This document shows, one piece after another, positions 1-12,056 of a stretch of 64,000 nt of DNA (its first letter is position 1; the number at the start of each line of letters is the position of its first letter). Location of the stretch: contig NC_072852.1 in NCBI RefSeq assembly GCF_028858705.1, positions 200,388,471 through 200,452,470 on the forward strand, given 5' to 3'. The notes under the pieces were generated by a model. The model had not been told where the DNA came from. It saw only the letters and a list, made by a program, of their open reading frames with translations, and searched no databases. Position numbers and translations under genes: made by a program. The DNA is from Grus americana (Eukaryota).

Positions 1-614
1 CCAACTGTAATTGCAGCTTGATCAATATGTGCTATGATGTGAGCTCTTTTTTCGAAGAACATATTTTATATTTAAAAGACAGTGTAAAACAAACAATTGC
101 TTTCCTTTCTGATTAGCTGTTCCTCACAATACTTTTGATTTCCTTTAAGCTGTCACTGTATCCGAATGAAGTGGTCCCTCCTTGTTTGTGTTCACGCAAC
201 ACAAATTTGTTCAACTGGACTGGGAAGCTGATCTGTAGTGAAAAACAAACACTTGTAACCTGTATCAGTTTCCCAGTCTCGCTTGCTTTGTGCAAAGGGA
301 GGGGGGACAGTGCTGGGCTGGAAAAAGCTTTTAGAGATGAGCAGGGGTATTTTATTTTGTTGGCAGTATCAGTCCAACCTGACTTAAGTGAATATCTTTC
401 TTTCACTCTCCCTACCTGAGAAAATGAATTTAGGGCTTAGTATTAGAAGAATGAAATCCAGATTGTCTAATAACTTATTATTGATCAGTAACTTTAGGAT
501 GGAGGCTGGGTGATCAATCTTGCCTTTCAGTGCCATTTCTTTTCTCCTGTGGAACAGTGGTGGTGTAATACAAATACAATGACACAGCCATTTTTTTTTT
601 CTTTTAATTTCAAG

Positions 615-911
615 GCTCTACTCTAATGGCTGAAAGTCAAAAGCTAAGACCTGGGCATTCAGTGGGCTTAACAACTTTACACCAATTGCCATCATCTGGC
701 TATCAGAATCACTTTGAAGACAGAGCTTATGCTGCAATTGTTTCTCCACATACACAAGACAGTGATTTTTTACCAAAGTTAAACAATAAAGAATGCACCT
801 CATCTTTGAAGAACAGTCTTCCAGGAGTGTCTGCCTGTGAGAAACAAGGTCTGGGTGTGCCTCTGAAAATGCAGAATGGTTTGAAAAATGAGGAAGACAA
901 ATATATTACTG
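615..911 (+). CDS. CENPJ: CENPJ/CPAP internal coding exon
   Basis: Open frame ...GSTLMAESQKLRPG...LKNEEDKYITG. Acceptor cag at 612-614 follows a 20+ nt T-rich tract. Donor is G|GTTAGT at 912. The exon tail LKNEEDKYITG resembles human CENPJ ...LKEENRNHPTG. The phase-1 end plus GA of the next exon restores Gly. Confidence 0.6.
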
Positions 912-2024
912 GTTAGTCATTTGTAGCAAGATAACTTGGTGTGTGGTGGGGGTTTTTTCCCCTTGAAGTTACTGAGCGTAATTTTCTTTATATAAGTGTT
1001 GGTTTACTTGATTTGTTGGTTGGTTTTACTAACAGCTTACAGACCTCAGAGAGTTCCTGTCCATGTGAGTTTTGTTGAAAGCACCATGAGGAAAATGTCA
1101 GGTTCTTCTGTCTGTATCACATGCTTGTCTGTTTTAGGAAAAAATTATAATCATTGCTGCTAAAGCTTATATATGATAAAGACTGCAAAAATAGCAAATA
1201 ATGACAGATATTGGATAGCTGAATTGTTTGGGCTGAACCGTACCAACATTTTCATGTGGCAAATGGAAAGTAATAATCTGTCCAGGGGTACAGAATGTTT
1301 TCAGACCAGCTCTATTGTAAGGATTAGTAACTGAACTGGAATTAGGAATCAAGACTGTTTGACAAAGAGATTCCACCATGTGACTAAAAATTATTGTACA
1401 TCAGAAGCAATGCAGTGGAGTTCTTCATCTTTCCTTCTCTTCTCAGTTTTATCATTGGCACCACCAATGACTGCTATGCTGCTATGACTGGAATAGTGGG
1501 TTTGGTTTGAATCTAGCAATTTAATAAGGTTGCTGAAAACCCATAGAGGTTTCAGGGAAAGGTTTGAGATTGCATTTCATCATACTCCATACCAGCTTTA
1601 AAGCTTTTAATCAGAGGGCTTGCTTTAACAGGATGTGAAAGGATGAATTGATCTTAATTTATACATATGTACATGGGAAACAGAAGCTTGATAAGAGACC
1701 TCTTCAGTACAGCAAACATCCAAATTTGTTCAGTTATTTTATTTTTAAGCCATAAATTAACAATAGCAAAGATGATGAACAATCAGAATGCGTTATTTAA
1801 GCCCTGTGGAAAAAAATTAATACATGATTGGATGCTCCTTAAGAAAGCTCAAATTCAAATAAAAATTAATTTGGGGAAATCTTAGGACTATTTCATGTAG
1901 GAATTCAGACTACATTACCATGAAGCTCCCTTCTGGTTTTAATCTGACCTGAATGCTGCTTAAAATATGAGCTGAAAACTAATTTGTTGTTGGGGAGGAA
2001 AAAAAAATTCTATTAATTTCATAG

Positions 2025-2166
2025 GAAAAAACATGTGTCCAGAACAAAAGATGGAAATATTAATAGAGAGTGAAGATCATCACATTGATCCATTATGTAT
2101 GGAAAGTGCAGATCTCTCTGAAAATTCCAGTGGAGGAAAACATTTGTGGACTAATACAGAGGAAAG
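2025..2166 (+). CDS. CENPJ: CENPJ/CPAP coding exon (..KNMCPEQKMEILIESEDHHIDPLCMESADLSENSSGGKHLWTNTEE-R)
   Basis: Acceptor tttcatag|GA completes the Gly codon from the previous exon. Open frame runs to the donor AG|GTAAGT at 2167. The phase-2 end is completed by the first base of exon 3723 (AGA=Arg), matching human ...ANIEER|PIKAAIG. Confidence 0.65.
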
Positions 2167-2743
2167 GTAAGTCAGAACATTATTATACATTTTTTATCAA
2201 ATTGACAATTGAGTTTGGTTTAATTCTGAGTCCTGATTGAAAAAGTCTGATATTCTCAATTTGTATAGCTTTTTCAACCAAGGATTCCATTTTACTAGGT
2301 ACTGTGGAGACCTATAGTAAGAGAGGCTCTGGCTTGAAATTGCTTGTGCTGTGAAAGGTGTGATGTTGTGTATTGGCTGAAGAAGTGTGTGCAACCTGGG
2401 GTAATGATCATTTAGTATAGGCTTAGTATATAAGTGGTTATAATTATCTGTTCCCCATTTGATTTATTACAACCTCCTATCCACTGTTACGTGGTGATAG
2501 TAGTAATGTGGAGTGTAAGGTTGTGATTTTTTTAGTTTATTACCAGGAGTTATATTTGTTTAAACATTTGTATATGTCTAAGTAGTAATAATAGTGCTTG
2601 TGGCAGAAGCCTTCTCATGTATGGTAAAAGCTTTGTTTCTGGAGTTGATAGAATAAAAGTAGTGGTTGGCTTTTTTTTTTTTTAAAAAAAAGCTCTGCCT
2701 TGTCTGCCAAGTGATCACAGAAGCAAGAAATACTTGTTCCAGG

Positions 2744-3330
2744 CTGTGGTGGGTTGACCCCAGCCAGCAACTAAGCACCCACCCAGTCTCTTGCTCACTC
2801 TGGCCCCCAGAGCAGAATGGGAAAGGGTATCAGAGGAGCAAACTTGAGAAAAATTGCGGTTTGAGATAAAAGCAGTTTAATAAGGAAAAGAAAGAGCAGA
2901 AAAACCCCAAGTGATGCAAAGGCTGCCACTTTCCACCTCCCAGAAGCAGGCCAATGCCCACTTGGTCTCTGAGCAACAGCTACTTTTGGAAGACCAAGCC
3001 CCCAGTTTTTACTGCTGAACATGATGTTTTATGACATGGAACGTCCCTTTGGCCAATTCGTGTCAGCTGTTCTAGCTGTGTCCCTTCTCAGCCTTTTGCC
3101 CACCCCCAGCCTACTTGCTGGGGACAGGTGAGAGCAGCATGAAAAACCAAAGAAAGCTTTGATGCTGTGCAAGCAGTGTTCAGTAATAGCTAAAACATTG
3201 GTGTGTTATCAACACTGTTGTAGTCACAAATCCAAAACATAGCACCATATGGACTGCTATGAAGAAAGCTCGCTCCATCCCAGCCAGAGCTGGTACAAGG
3301 CTGTGAAGGAGAAGGACTATCAAAAGGGGA
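2744..3330 (+). mobile_element. ERV/LTR-like repeat (putative solo LTR) in CENPJ intron
   Basis: Begins TGTGGTGGGTTGACCCCAGCCAGC. Contains CCAAT-like motifs (aggccaatgccc, ttggccaattcgtg). The same terminal motif occurs in reverse at 52890-52905, and the block shares related sequence with the repeats at 38260..39225 and 51130..52905. Family not identifiable without a repeat library. Confidence 0.4.
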
Positions 3331-3722
3331 GATAAGGAACATGATTGCAGTAGCATTACTGAGTGGGAAGGTGGTACTGTAGAAATTGGCAGTACGACTA
3401 AAATACAAGTGAAGTTTGGTGGTCTGGGCAGAAGAAAGGGTCACCGAGAAAAGTAGTGAAAGAAGAAATGGCAAAACCTGCATACAGTATCTTTTAGATA
3501 TGTATATTAATGTATATAGCAGGGATTTGATAAATCATTTCTCAAAAGATAAAGAATTAGTGTTATAAGGCATTTCTCAGATTAACTTTAATCACCAAAG
3601 TACCTCATAATGTGTCATCTTTTCTGTAGTTACATGTTATGTCTTTGAATAGCACTGATGTTAAACACAGTTATTTTACATAGAAATGTAAGACGATTTA
3701 TTTTTTTTTTAAATTACACTAG

Positions 3723-3828
3723 ACCTATTAAAGCTGCGATTCAGGAGAAGAAACAGACATTTGAAGAATTCCTGGAAGAACAGATACAACTAGAAGAGCA
3801 GCGTTTGGAGCAAAACCAGAAGTTACAG
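3723..3828 (+). CDS. CENPJ: CENPJ/CPAP coding exon ([36 protein letters not shown])
   Basis: Strong match to remembered human CENPJ ...[34 protein letters not shown]. Acceptor is T-rich tract + cactag at 3721-22. Donor is CAG|GTGGTT at 3829, phase 0. Confidence 0.75.
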
Positions 3829-4129
3829 GTGGTTATTTTTTTTTAAAAAACTTCATTGTTCTTTATATGTTGTGCCAAGATGCAATAGGTGCTTTAAAAA
3901 CGTACAAGGAAATTTAGCATCAAAAGCTAACACTGAATGCAGTATCCACATTCTTCAAAATAAAACAATAAGCCCCAAATATTTCACTTGTTTAAGATGT
4001 CTTTAGAAATCCAGTAGAAATGTACTACATAAATTCCTATTGATATGTGGGATTTATTTGAAGAAACCTTCAAACTATGTAAGGGCCTTTTTAACACTTT
4101 GTGCTTTACTTTTCCTTACCCCTTTTCAG

Positions 4130-5753
4130 GAGACAAGTGGATCAGCCATTCAAAAACCAGTGATCAAACGACCCTTCTTGAAAAGAGGAGAAGGCTTAAC
4201 AAGATTCACTAATGCCAAATCTAAAATTACAAAACTTGGAGAAAACACCCCAAAACTTCAGCAAAGAGCTTCAGATGACAGAAATGTTATTAAAGTGGAC
4301 AGATCACAAATACAAAAGAAAACTATGCCTTCTGGCAAAGAACTGTTTTCTGAGAAGCCTTTTGCACCATGTAAAAAATATAACCACTCTGATAAAGCAA
4401 AACATTGTCCTATTCAGAAGACCCTGGTACTCAGGAATCACAATGGAAAAAATATCTTGCCATTAGAAACAAGAATGAAACCTGGAAAAAATCATGATGG
4501 ACAGATGAGAGATACTTTCGCATCAGAAATTAACAACAAAATAGAAAATAAAGAGAATGTAGTAGAATTTGCCAAGTCTAACACTGGCAAATTTGGAAAC
4601 AAATTACCTGGCACAGAAAAGCCTCAGTTGTGTCATGAGCTGGCCAGTGCCTTTTCTAATTCTAAATGTCCTATACGTCACCCTGTGAAAGATCCAGAAA
4701 TGTCTTTTGAAGTTTCATTTCAGAATAAGCTGGAAAACTGGGAAAAAGAAAAAGAAAAAGAGAATCTAGAATTAGATGAATTTTTGTTTCTAGAACAAGC
4801 TGCAGATGAAATATCATTCTCAAGTAATTCCTCATTTGTGCAAAGGATCTTAGATCAAGATCAGCAAACTTTAAAAGGCCGTAGAATGTCTTCTACTCCT
4901 ATTAAGGCAAAACAGCAGCAAGTAAAGGCACTCGCTGTTAAACTTATAAATAAGAAAAATAAAAAGACAGACTGTATGACACAGGGAAATATGAATGATG
5001 GAGCAGTTATGCATACAGTCTCAAATTCAGGAACAACTTTTAGAATGAAGGGTCCACTGAATAAAATGGACAGTGTAATGTTTTCAGCCTCTTCCACGAC
5101 AGCAGCTCCTGCTTTAAAAAGTAATCACTGGATTGTAAAGGAAGATAAGGGTGAGGGCAGTGGTGATACAACTACAGATTCTGAGAATGAATTTGAGACC
5201 ACATTAAAGCATGAAAATGAAGATGCTAAGACATCCTTTATGAGCCATAGAGAAAGTGATCCAGAATTTTTTGATTATGGAGGTTCTGTTACAGACATCA
5301 GCAAAGAAAGCAAAAATGGAGATGCTGACCTTGGCTTGTCAGACAAAGATTGCAGCGCACAGTCAAAGCAAAAAATTAGAAAAGCTTCAGACCATCAGAG
5401 AAGCATGTCTTGTATAAGTAGGAGTAAATGTGAGTTTGATGATGAAAGAACATGGAGTGACCTTGAAGAACATTATGTTAATACTGTTTTACCTGAGGAA
5501 TACACTAAAATACCTTTACAGATGGACTTTTCCAGTAAGAATGATACAACTGTCCCAGATAAAGCAATAAAGAGAAAAGTTGCCTTAAAAAGGGAAGATG
5601 GAATGTCCAAAGAGTCTGCAGTGGACAGTGATTCAAATGGACCTCCTGTATCAAACCTGGTGATGAAACTGTTTCCTTCACTGAAACCAAAACAGAAGGC
5701 AGGCTGTCAGTCAGAGCGGGAAATCAAATCAAATGTGGAACAGGAGCCAGGAG
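4130..5753 (+). CDS. CENPJ: CENPJ/CPAP large central exon (1624 nt, ~541 codons)
   Basis: Uninterrupted 581-aa ORF 4040..5785. Acceptor ccttttcag|G at 4129. Conserved islands match human CENPJ: KRPFLKRGEGLTRFTNAKSK, WEKEKEKENLELDEFLFLEQAADEISFSSNSSFVQRIL, FDDERTWSDLEE, MKLFPSLKPK. Donor is GGAG|GTGAGA at 5754 (phase 1). Confidence 0.9.
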
Positions 5754-6383
5754 GTGAGAGAACAGCAACTGGTAGGAAATGTTGAAGATGACATATATTA
5801 CAAGTCTTTCCTTCTAATGCTTAAGCTACAACCTGACATTACACCAAAGGGTATAAGTACAGACTTCTGCTGCAGGGAATGGCCCTATTCTCGCCTTTCC
5901 TCTCCTCTCCTGGTTCTATGTCTGGTGTCAGATCTAACAATTATGCAGCTTGCAGAATGAGTACGATCACTGAAAACTTGTTTTTATTTTATTTTTTTTT
6001 CCTGGAGGCTAGTTTTCTGTCAGACCAGGTCATCGAACTAACTTGATCTGGAGCTGCTTGATCACTGTTTCCAAATTAAGGATAGTGTCAAAGGCATGTC
6101 GAAAATGAAGTGGCACCTCCCTTTCTAGTGACAGTGTGCATTTACACCACAGTAAGGTAATGCTGTGCACTGTTAGCTTAGCTGGTTCCCACTATAAAAT
6201 ATAAGGAGGCGGCAGCCCCGCCTGTATTTTCTGGCAGTAGTATAGTATCTAGAGAATTCACATGGAATATAGGAAACATGGATTCACTTTTCTGCTTTGC
6301 CCAAGTTGATTTCGACCATATGGTTATAGTCTGGGGAAGGACCGCCTCTAAAAGCTCCTGTTGAAGCTGTTGCATTTATGCGA

Positions 6384-8245
6384 GATCATGGAATCCTAGA
6401 ATGGTTTGGGTTGCAAGAGACCTTAAAGATGATGTAGTTCCAACCCCCCTGCCACGGGCAGGGACACCCTGCACTAGATCAAGTTGCCCAAAGCCCCATC
6501 CGACCTGGCCTTGACCACTTCCAGGGAGGGGGCATCCACAGCTTCTCCGGGCAACCTGTTCCAGTGCCTCGCCACCATCGTAGTGAAGAATTGCTTTTTA
6601 ATATCTGATCTAAATCTATTCTCTTTCAGTTTAGAGCTGTTACCCCTTGTCCTATCACTGCACACCCTTGTAAACAGTCCCTCTCCAACTTTCCTGTAGG
6701 CCCCCTTCAGGTACTGGAAGGCTGCTTTAAGGTCTCCCTGGAGCCTTTTCTTCTTTAGGCTGGATACCCCCAACTCTCTCAGCCTGTCTTCATAGGAGGG
6801 GTGCTCCAGCCCTCTGATCATCTTTGTGGCCCTCCTCTGGACTCACTCCAACAGCTCCATGTCTTTCTTGTACTGGGGCCCCCAGAGCTGGACGCAGTAC
6901 TCCAGGTGGGGTCTCACAAGACAGGAGTAGAGGGGCAGAATCACCTCCCTCGACCTGCTGGCCATGCTGTTTTTCTTGCAGCCCAGGATACAGTTGGCTT
7001 TCTGGGCTGCAAGTGCACATTGCTGGCTCATGTTGAGCTTTTAATCAACCAACACCCCCAAGTCCTTCTCCTCAGGGCTGCTCTCAATCCATTCTCTGCC
7101 CAGCCTGGAGTTGTGCTTGGGATTGCCCTGGCCTTGTTGACCTTCATGTGGTTCACACAGGCCCACCTCTCAAGCCTCTCAGGGTCCCTCTGGATGAAAT
7201 CCCTTCCCTCCAGTGTGTCAACGGTACCACATAGCTTCTTGTCATCAGCAAACTTGCTGAGGGTGCACTCGATCCCATTGTCCATGTTGCCAACAAAGAT
7301 GTTAAACAGTGCCAGTCCCAATACTCACCCCTGAGGAATGCCACTTGTCACTGATCTCCACTTGGACATTGAGCCGTTGACCACAACTCCTCAATTGCGA
7401 CCATCCAGCCAATTCCTTATCCACTGAGTGGTCTATCCATCGAATCCATGTCTCTCCCATTTAGAGACAAGGATGTCGTGTGGAACAGTGACAAATACTT
7501 TACACAAGTCCAGGTAGATGATGTCAGTTGCTCCTCCCTTGTCTACCAACACTGTAACCCTGTTGTAGGAAGCCACCAAATTTTGTCAGGTGTGATTTGC
7601 CCTTAGTGAAGCCATGTCGGCTGTCACCAATGACCTCCTTATCTTCCATATGCCTGAGCATAGTTTTCAGGAGGATCTGCTCTATGATCTTGCCAGGCAC
7701 AGAGGTGAGACTGACTGGCCTGTAGTTCCCTGGGTCTTCCTTTTTTCTCTTTTTAAAAATGGGAGTTATGTTTCCCCTTTTCTAGTCAGTGGGAACTTCA
7801 CCAGACTGCCATGACTTCTCAAATATGATGAAGAGTGGCCTAGCAACTTCATCTGCCACTTCCTTCAGGACTCATGGATGCATCTCATCAGGTCCCTTGT
7901 GCACCTTCAGGTTTCTTAGTCAAACCTGATCTCCTACAGCAGGCAGCTCTTCATTCTCCCAGTCGCTGCCTTTGCCTTCTGAGGCTTGGGCAGTGTGGTT
8001 CGAGCACTTGCTGGTGAAGGCTGAGGCACAAGAGTTGTTGAGTACCTCAGCCTTCTCCATACCCCGGGTAACCACACCTCCTGTTTCCTTCCAGAGAGAG
8101 CCCACATTTTCCCTGGTCTTCCTTTTATCACTGATGTGCCTATAGAAGCTTTTCATGTTGCCCTTGATGTCCCTGGCTGCTTGGACAAGATCATTAAAAA
8201 TGCAGTTGTTCAGTGAAAGCATGACGGCATAGCCTAGCATTTAAA
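6384..8245 (-). mobile_element. CR1 LINE (5'-truncated, ~1.9 kb, ORF2 RT + 3' UTR) in CENPJ intron
   Basis: Minus-strand ORFs encode CR1 ORF2 segments: ...[26 protein letters not shown]; FADDKKLCGTVDTLEGRDFIQRDPERLERWA; [32 protein letters not shown]; ...[30 protein letters not shown]. The 3' tail (revcomp) is ggttggaactacatcatctttaaggtctcttgcaacccaaaccattctaggattccatgatc. Frameshifts are present. Confidence 0.88.
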
Positions 8246-9012
8246 TCCCTTCTCTGTAAGGCGGTGAAATCTTGGTTTCAAACTTTGCTCCAATGAACGT
8301 TCAGGATTTTGTTTAGGTTTTTATGAGAAGTTCATATGAGAGGTCCTACTTCTGCTTATTGTTTTGTGGAGAATTGATTTGTAGGGTTGTCTAAAGATGC
8401 CTGCTAAATGTTGTTTGCAGGAAGAGGGGTAGGGTGGGTTTTTTTTCCCCTGAATCTCAGAACATATATGGATGAATGAGGCAACTACCTACACTGACAT
8501 CAGCAGGCTCTTCCCTTGTGTATTCAGAAGCAGATTATTAAAACCCTGGGAGTGTTAAGTAGTGACTGAACAGGAACCTGGGATGGCAAAAAATCCCATG
8601 ACCCTTATTATCGGCCTCTGCAGTAGATTTCACATCAGTGATGGGTGTGAACAGACTTTGTTGTGAATAAAACCTGGAAAAGCTTCAACCATAAACTTCC
8701 CTCTTTGATGCTTGGTCCTTACACCTTCATTTAATTTCTCTAGCTCTATGTGAAGCCCTTCACATTCCAATTCCTAATATATATTTAGTTCTACAAAGAT
8801 GATAGATATACTCAATAGTTGAGATACTTGAGCAAATCGTGCAGAGTGCTTTAAAATGCCATTTCTGTGTTGAATAGTAGATTTTTTTTTGCAATACTAC
8901 TACTAGCTTTAAAATAGTATCACTTGATTGGGTTTTTTTAAACTTGTGTGTGGTAATTGTTTACTTCAATGGATGCCACTTAGATAACTCGCATCTGGCT
9001 GTTCTTTGACAG

Positions 9013-9145
9013 GAACCACTGTTCCATCCCAGGTACTGAAAGAGAGACTCGCTGAATTGGAAACTGAAATAGAGCGATTCAGAGCTGAAAACACAACTCT
9101 AACTAAGCTCCGTGAAGAAAGAGAGCATGCCTTGGCAAATATTAG
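9013..9145 (+). CDS. CENPJ: CENPJ/CPAP coding exon (..[44 protein letters not shown])
   Basis: Acceptor ttctttgacag|GA completes the Gly codon. Matches human [40 protein letters not shown]. Donor is AG|GTAATT at 9146 (phase 2). Confidence 0.85.
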
Positions 9146-9975
9146 GTAATTTTTAACTGAAACATTTTGGTGCATTCACTTAGATCATATGTTCCAGATT
9201 ATCATATTGTCCATTTACCAACAGCACGGGTAAATAATTGGTGTGTTTCAGTTACAGTGGAGACACAGGTCAAGAAACTGGTTGTTGCTCTATGTGTATG
9301 TTAAATTGTAATTATTACTCACACACAAATTACAATACTAAGAGCCCCTGCTAGTTTAATATGATACCCTTAAAGGCTATACTTGGGAGAATGTATATAC
9401 TTTTGTTCTGAGTGATAACACAGTCTTCAACTGGTCTTGCAAAACTGATCTTCATGCTGACATGACTGATGCTCTTCTGTTGGATTGGAGAATATTTGCA
9501 TTTGAACTGGGGGACTTACAAGCGACATATAGAGCAGAATAATTATCTCTGGTGACTTAAACGTGGCACACCCATTCCTACCACAGTCACTTCTGTTTTG
9601 TTTGGAAACGGCATCATGTTGTTGGCTACTGTTTTATTTGTGACCTTCTGCTGCTAGCAGATTCTTTTCCCCAGTACTTTTGGGGGATTGGTGGTGTTCT
9701 GCTTTGAAGAATGTTGGAAGATTTAAGCCAAAGCTTTGTTAAATTCAGGGTAACTTTTGTGACTGGAAGATGTAAAAATAGAAATTGTTGGACTTCAAAC
9801 ACTAGCTATGTGACAATTCTTACTTCTTAAATAAATAATACCATTTATAGGTAAGTCTTCCTGAGGGTAACAGATGCCGGATTGGAATCAATGACCACAA
9901 AATTAATTTTCTGCCTTAAAATCCAGATTTGAAGTACTTTTGGGCTAAAACAACAACTTTGTTTCATAATTATAG

Positions 9976-10141
9976 GAAAGAAATTGCAGACTTTCAACAG
10001 CAGAAAGCACAAGAACTGGCTGAAATAGAAGAATATAAAAAAAAAGAAATGAAAAAACTGCAAAAGGAGCGTAAAGTTTTTGAAAAGTATACCACAGAAG
10101 CTAGAGCAATTCCAGATAAAAAAGAACGTGATGAAATTCAG
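9976..10141 (+). CDS. CENPJ: CENPJ/CPAP coding exon ([55 protein letters not shown])
   Basis: Acceptor aattatag|G at 9975 completes the Arg codon. Near-identical to human [55 protein letters not shown]. Donor is CAG|GTATAA at 10142 (phase 0). Confidence 0.9.
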
Positions 10142-11119
10142 GTATAAAAATATTTTATTCTTCTAGTACACACAAGAACACTTAAATTCATTTACAGGCA
10201 GTCGAGAGCCAAATTCTAACTTAACTGAAAGGTTGCAAGTAATTTCAAGATGGGAACTGCTAGTAGACATGGTGTAATTGAGGAAGGAAATACAGTCTTC
10301 ACAATGTTTGATGGTTTTAAGGCAAACCCCTTGATGACCAAATCCTTTTGTCATGTTTCCATACTAAAAACTGCCCATGACTATGGCAGAATGATACAAA
10401 ATTACTGTAGGTAATATTAAGTTGCAAGTTTTTATTCATGGTAGTGGATCAAAGTGCAAACTAGAACTGTACTTCAGTTTTATTCTGTCTATAACTGTCA
10501 TGCAGTAAATGTAGTAGTCTTCCTTCCACAATTTTCAGGGTTACATTTTGTTATTACTTGTAGGTCTTTAGGTATCAGAGATGTAAGAAACAAGATCTGT
10601 TTGTTCCTTCGTTGCCAGGCTGTATGGTACAGGAGGTGTACAGACAAGTTGTGTTAAACACCAGACATGGATTTCACTCTTCCTTCCTTACGCGTTTTCC
10701 TTACATAACTTCAACAGATTGAAGTAACACTTGCTAAACTGGCTAGGCAGATTCACGTGTGGTTTATGTGATTGTGTCGTCCTTGTTTTCCTGCACCAAG
10801 ATTTCTGAAGGGTCCTCTCAGGTAGCCTTAAAGATTTCATGTTTTTGTCTCAAATGTATTTGTACTGGCCAATCTATGAAGTGTAAAGGATGCTTCCTGT
10901 GAGTGAAACTGAGCTTATAAAGTTGATAAAGTAAATAATATCTCTTTCAGGGAAGAAAACTTCTCCTACCTTTCACTCTCTGCCCCATTAAGCTGAACTT
11001 ATTTGTTGCCACTCTTGTGCTTTTTTTCTTTTCTTCTTGTATTTCTATTAGAACATTAACATCTTTTAATTTATTAAAAAATGAAAGCTTTTTAATTTAT
11101 AAAGATGCATTTTTCTAAG

Positions 11120-11359
11120 GCTTTAAAACAGCAGATTGCAGAGTTACAGGAAGATTTAAAACGAAAAGAGGCAAAATGGTCAACCACTCATCGACGCCTG
11201 AAAGATCAATTAGAAGCTTTAGTAAATGAGAATATGGAGCTGAGAGAGGAAGTCAAAATTATGGAGAGGTTTCGTCTAGAAGCCTGGAAGAAAGTAGAAG
11301 CTGCTGGAAACAAGAGGAAAATAGAAAATTCTGGGATGCCTCTAAAAAGAGCAGAATCT
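11120..11359 (+). CDS. CENPJ: CENPJ/CPAP coding exon ([58 protein letters not shown]...KRAES)
   Basis: Acceptor ttttctaag|GCT. Matches human [58 protein letters not shown]. Consensus donor TCT|GTAAGT at 11360 (phase 0). Confidence 0.85.
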
Positions 11360-11956
11360 GTAAGTTATTAATCCTGGTGTTTTAAATTAATCTGTGTGAA
11401 TACTCTGAGTTTTGGATCATGAACTTGGAATCCAATTGCTACAACCTAGATGTTTAATTTACCAATCTTGAAACTCCTGTAGTGGTGACAGCCACAGAAT
11501 TTTGTGAATGTCAGATTCTCCCCAAATGTGAATGTTTACAACATGCAGCATCTGTTCTGTTGAGGAACTCATCTTAGAAATTCAAAATGAAGGAATTGTA
11601 AGAGAAGAATCACAGATGGGATCTAACCTGTGAACCTCTGCACCTTAAGGATCACCCAGGCAAACCAGGCAGTTCTCCACTGTCTAAAGCAGTTATATTT
11701 AGTTTTGAAACTCTAACTATTTTTCTGGATTGCTTGCACCACATGAACATTCCACAGCTGTTGGCAGTGAGGCAGCAGAGAGATGAAGAATTCCAAAGTA
11801 CAGCTTGGGCTACATCACACAAGCCCTTCTGCTGACTAAATAGTTTGTGAAGAAAGCTTCCAGTAAATTTCATGTTACATGGTGTATAAATTTTGTTGCC
11901 GCTGTATGGTTAGGAATAAATGTCACGTCAACCACAAATAACTTCCTTTCTTTTAG

Positions 11957-12056
11957 TGTCTACCAAATAGAGACCCAAAAAGTCAAACTGCATCTCCGCT
12001 TCTTCCAGTACAGAAGTGCAGCAAGATCAATGGCAAAAGTTATTCACAGGCAAAAG
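11957..12056 (+). CDS. CENPJ: CENPJ/CPAP small S/P-rich linker exon (CLPNRDPKSQTASPLLPVQKCSKINGKSYSQAK-G), frame uncertain
   Basis: Acceptor ttcctttcttttag|TGT and strong donor G|GTATAAGT at 12057. Frame 0 gives LPNRDPKSQTASP, resembling human APPRDLGNLDKGQAASP. It ends in phase 1, which conflicts with the phase-0 acceptor at 13842 (see findings). Confidence 0.45.

Noticed and set aside
135-419. Overlapping 94-aa (+) and 97-aa (-) ORFs at the start of the window
   Set aside because: No splice-compatible context or similarity to CENPJ upstream sequence (KKLEQLKEVQQKK...). Most likely intronic chance ORFs. Several ORF-track 'M' residues correspond to non-ATG codons (for example 31373 is TTG).
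4212-4466. 84-aa ORF in an alternative frame and the 78-aa antisense ORF (4861..5097) inside the CENPJ large exon
   Set aside because: They overlap a well-supported coding exon and have no conservation signal. Chance open frames.
6801-7334. 177-aa plus-strand ORF (and similar 198-aa ORF 39747..40343, 70-aa ORF 23841..24053)
   Set aside because: These are the open antisense reading frames opposite CR1 ORF2 ([24 protein letters not shown]...), a repeat-borne feature and not host genes.
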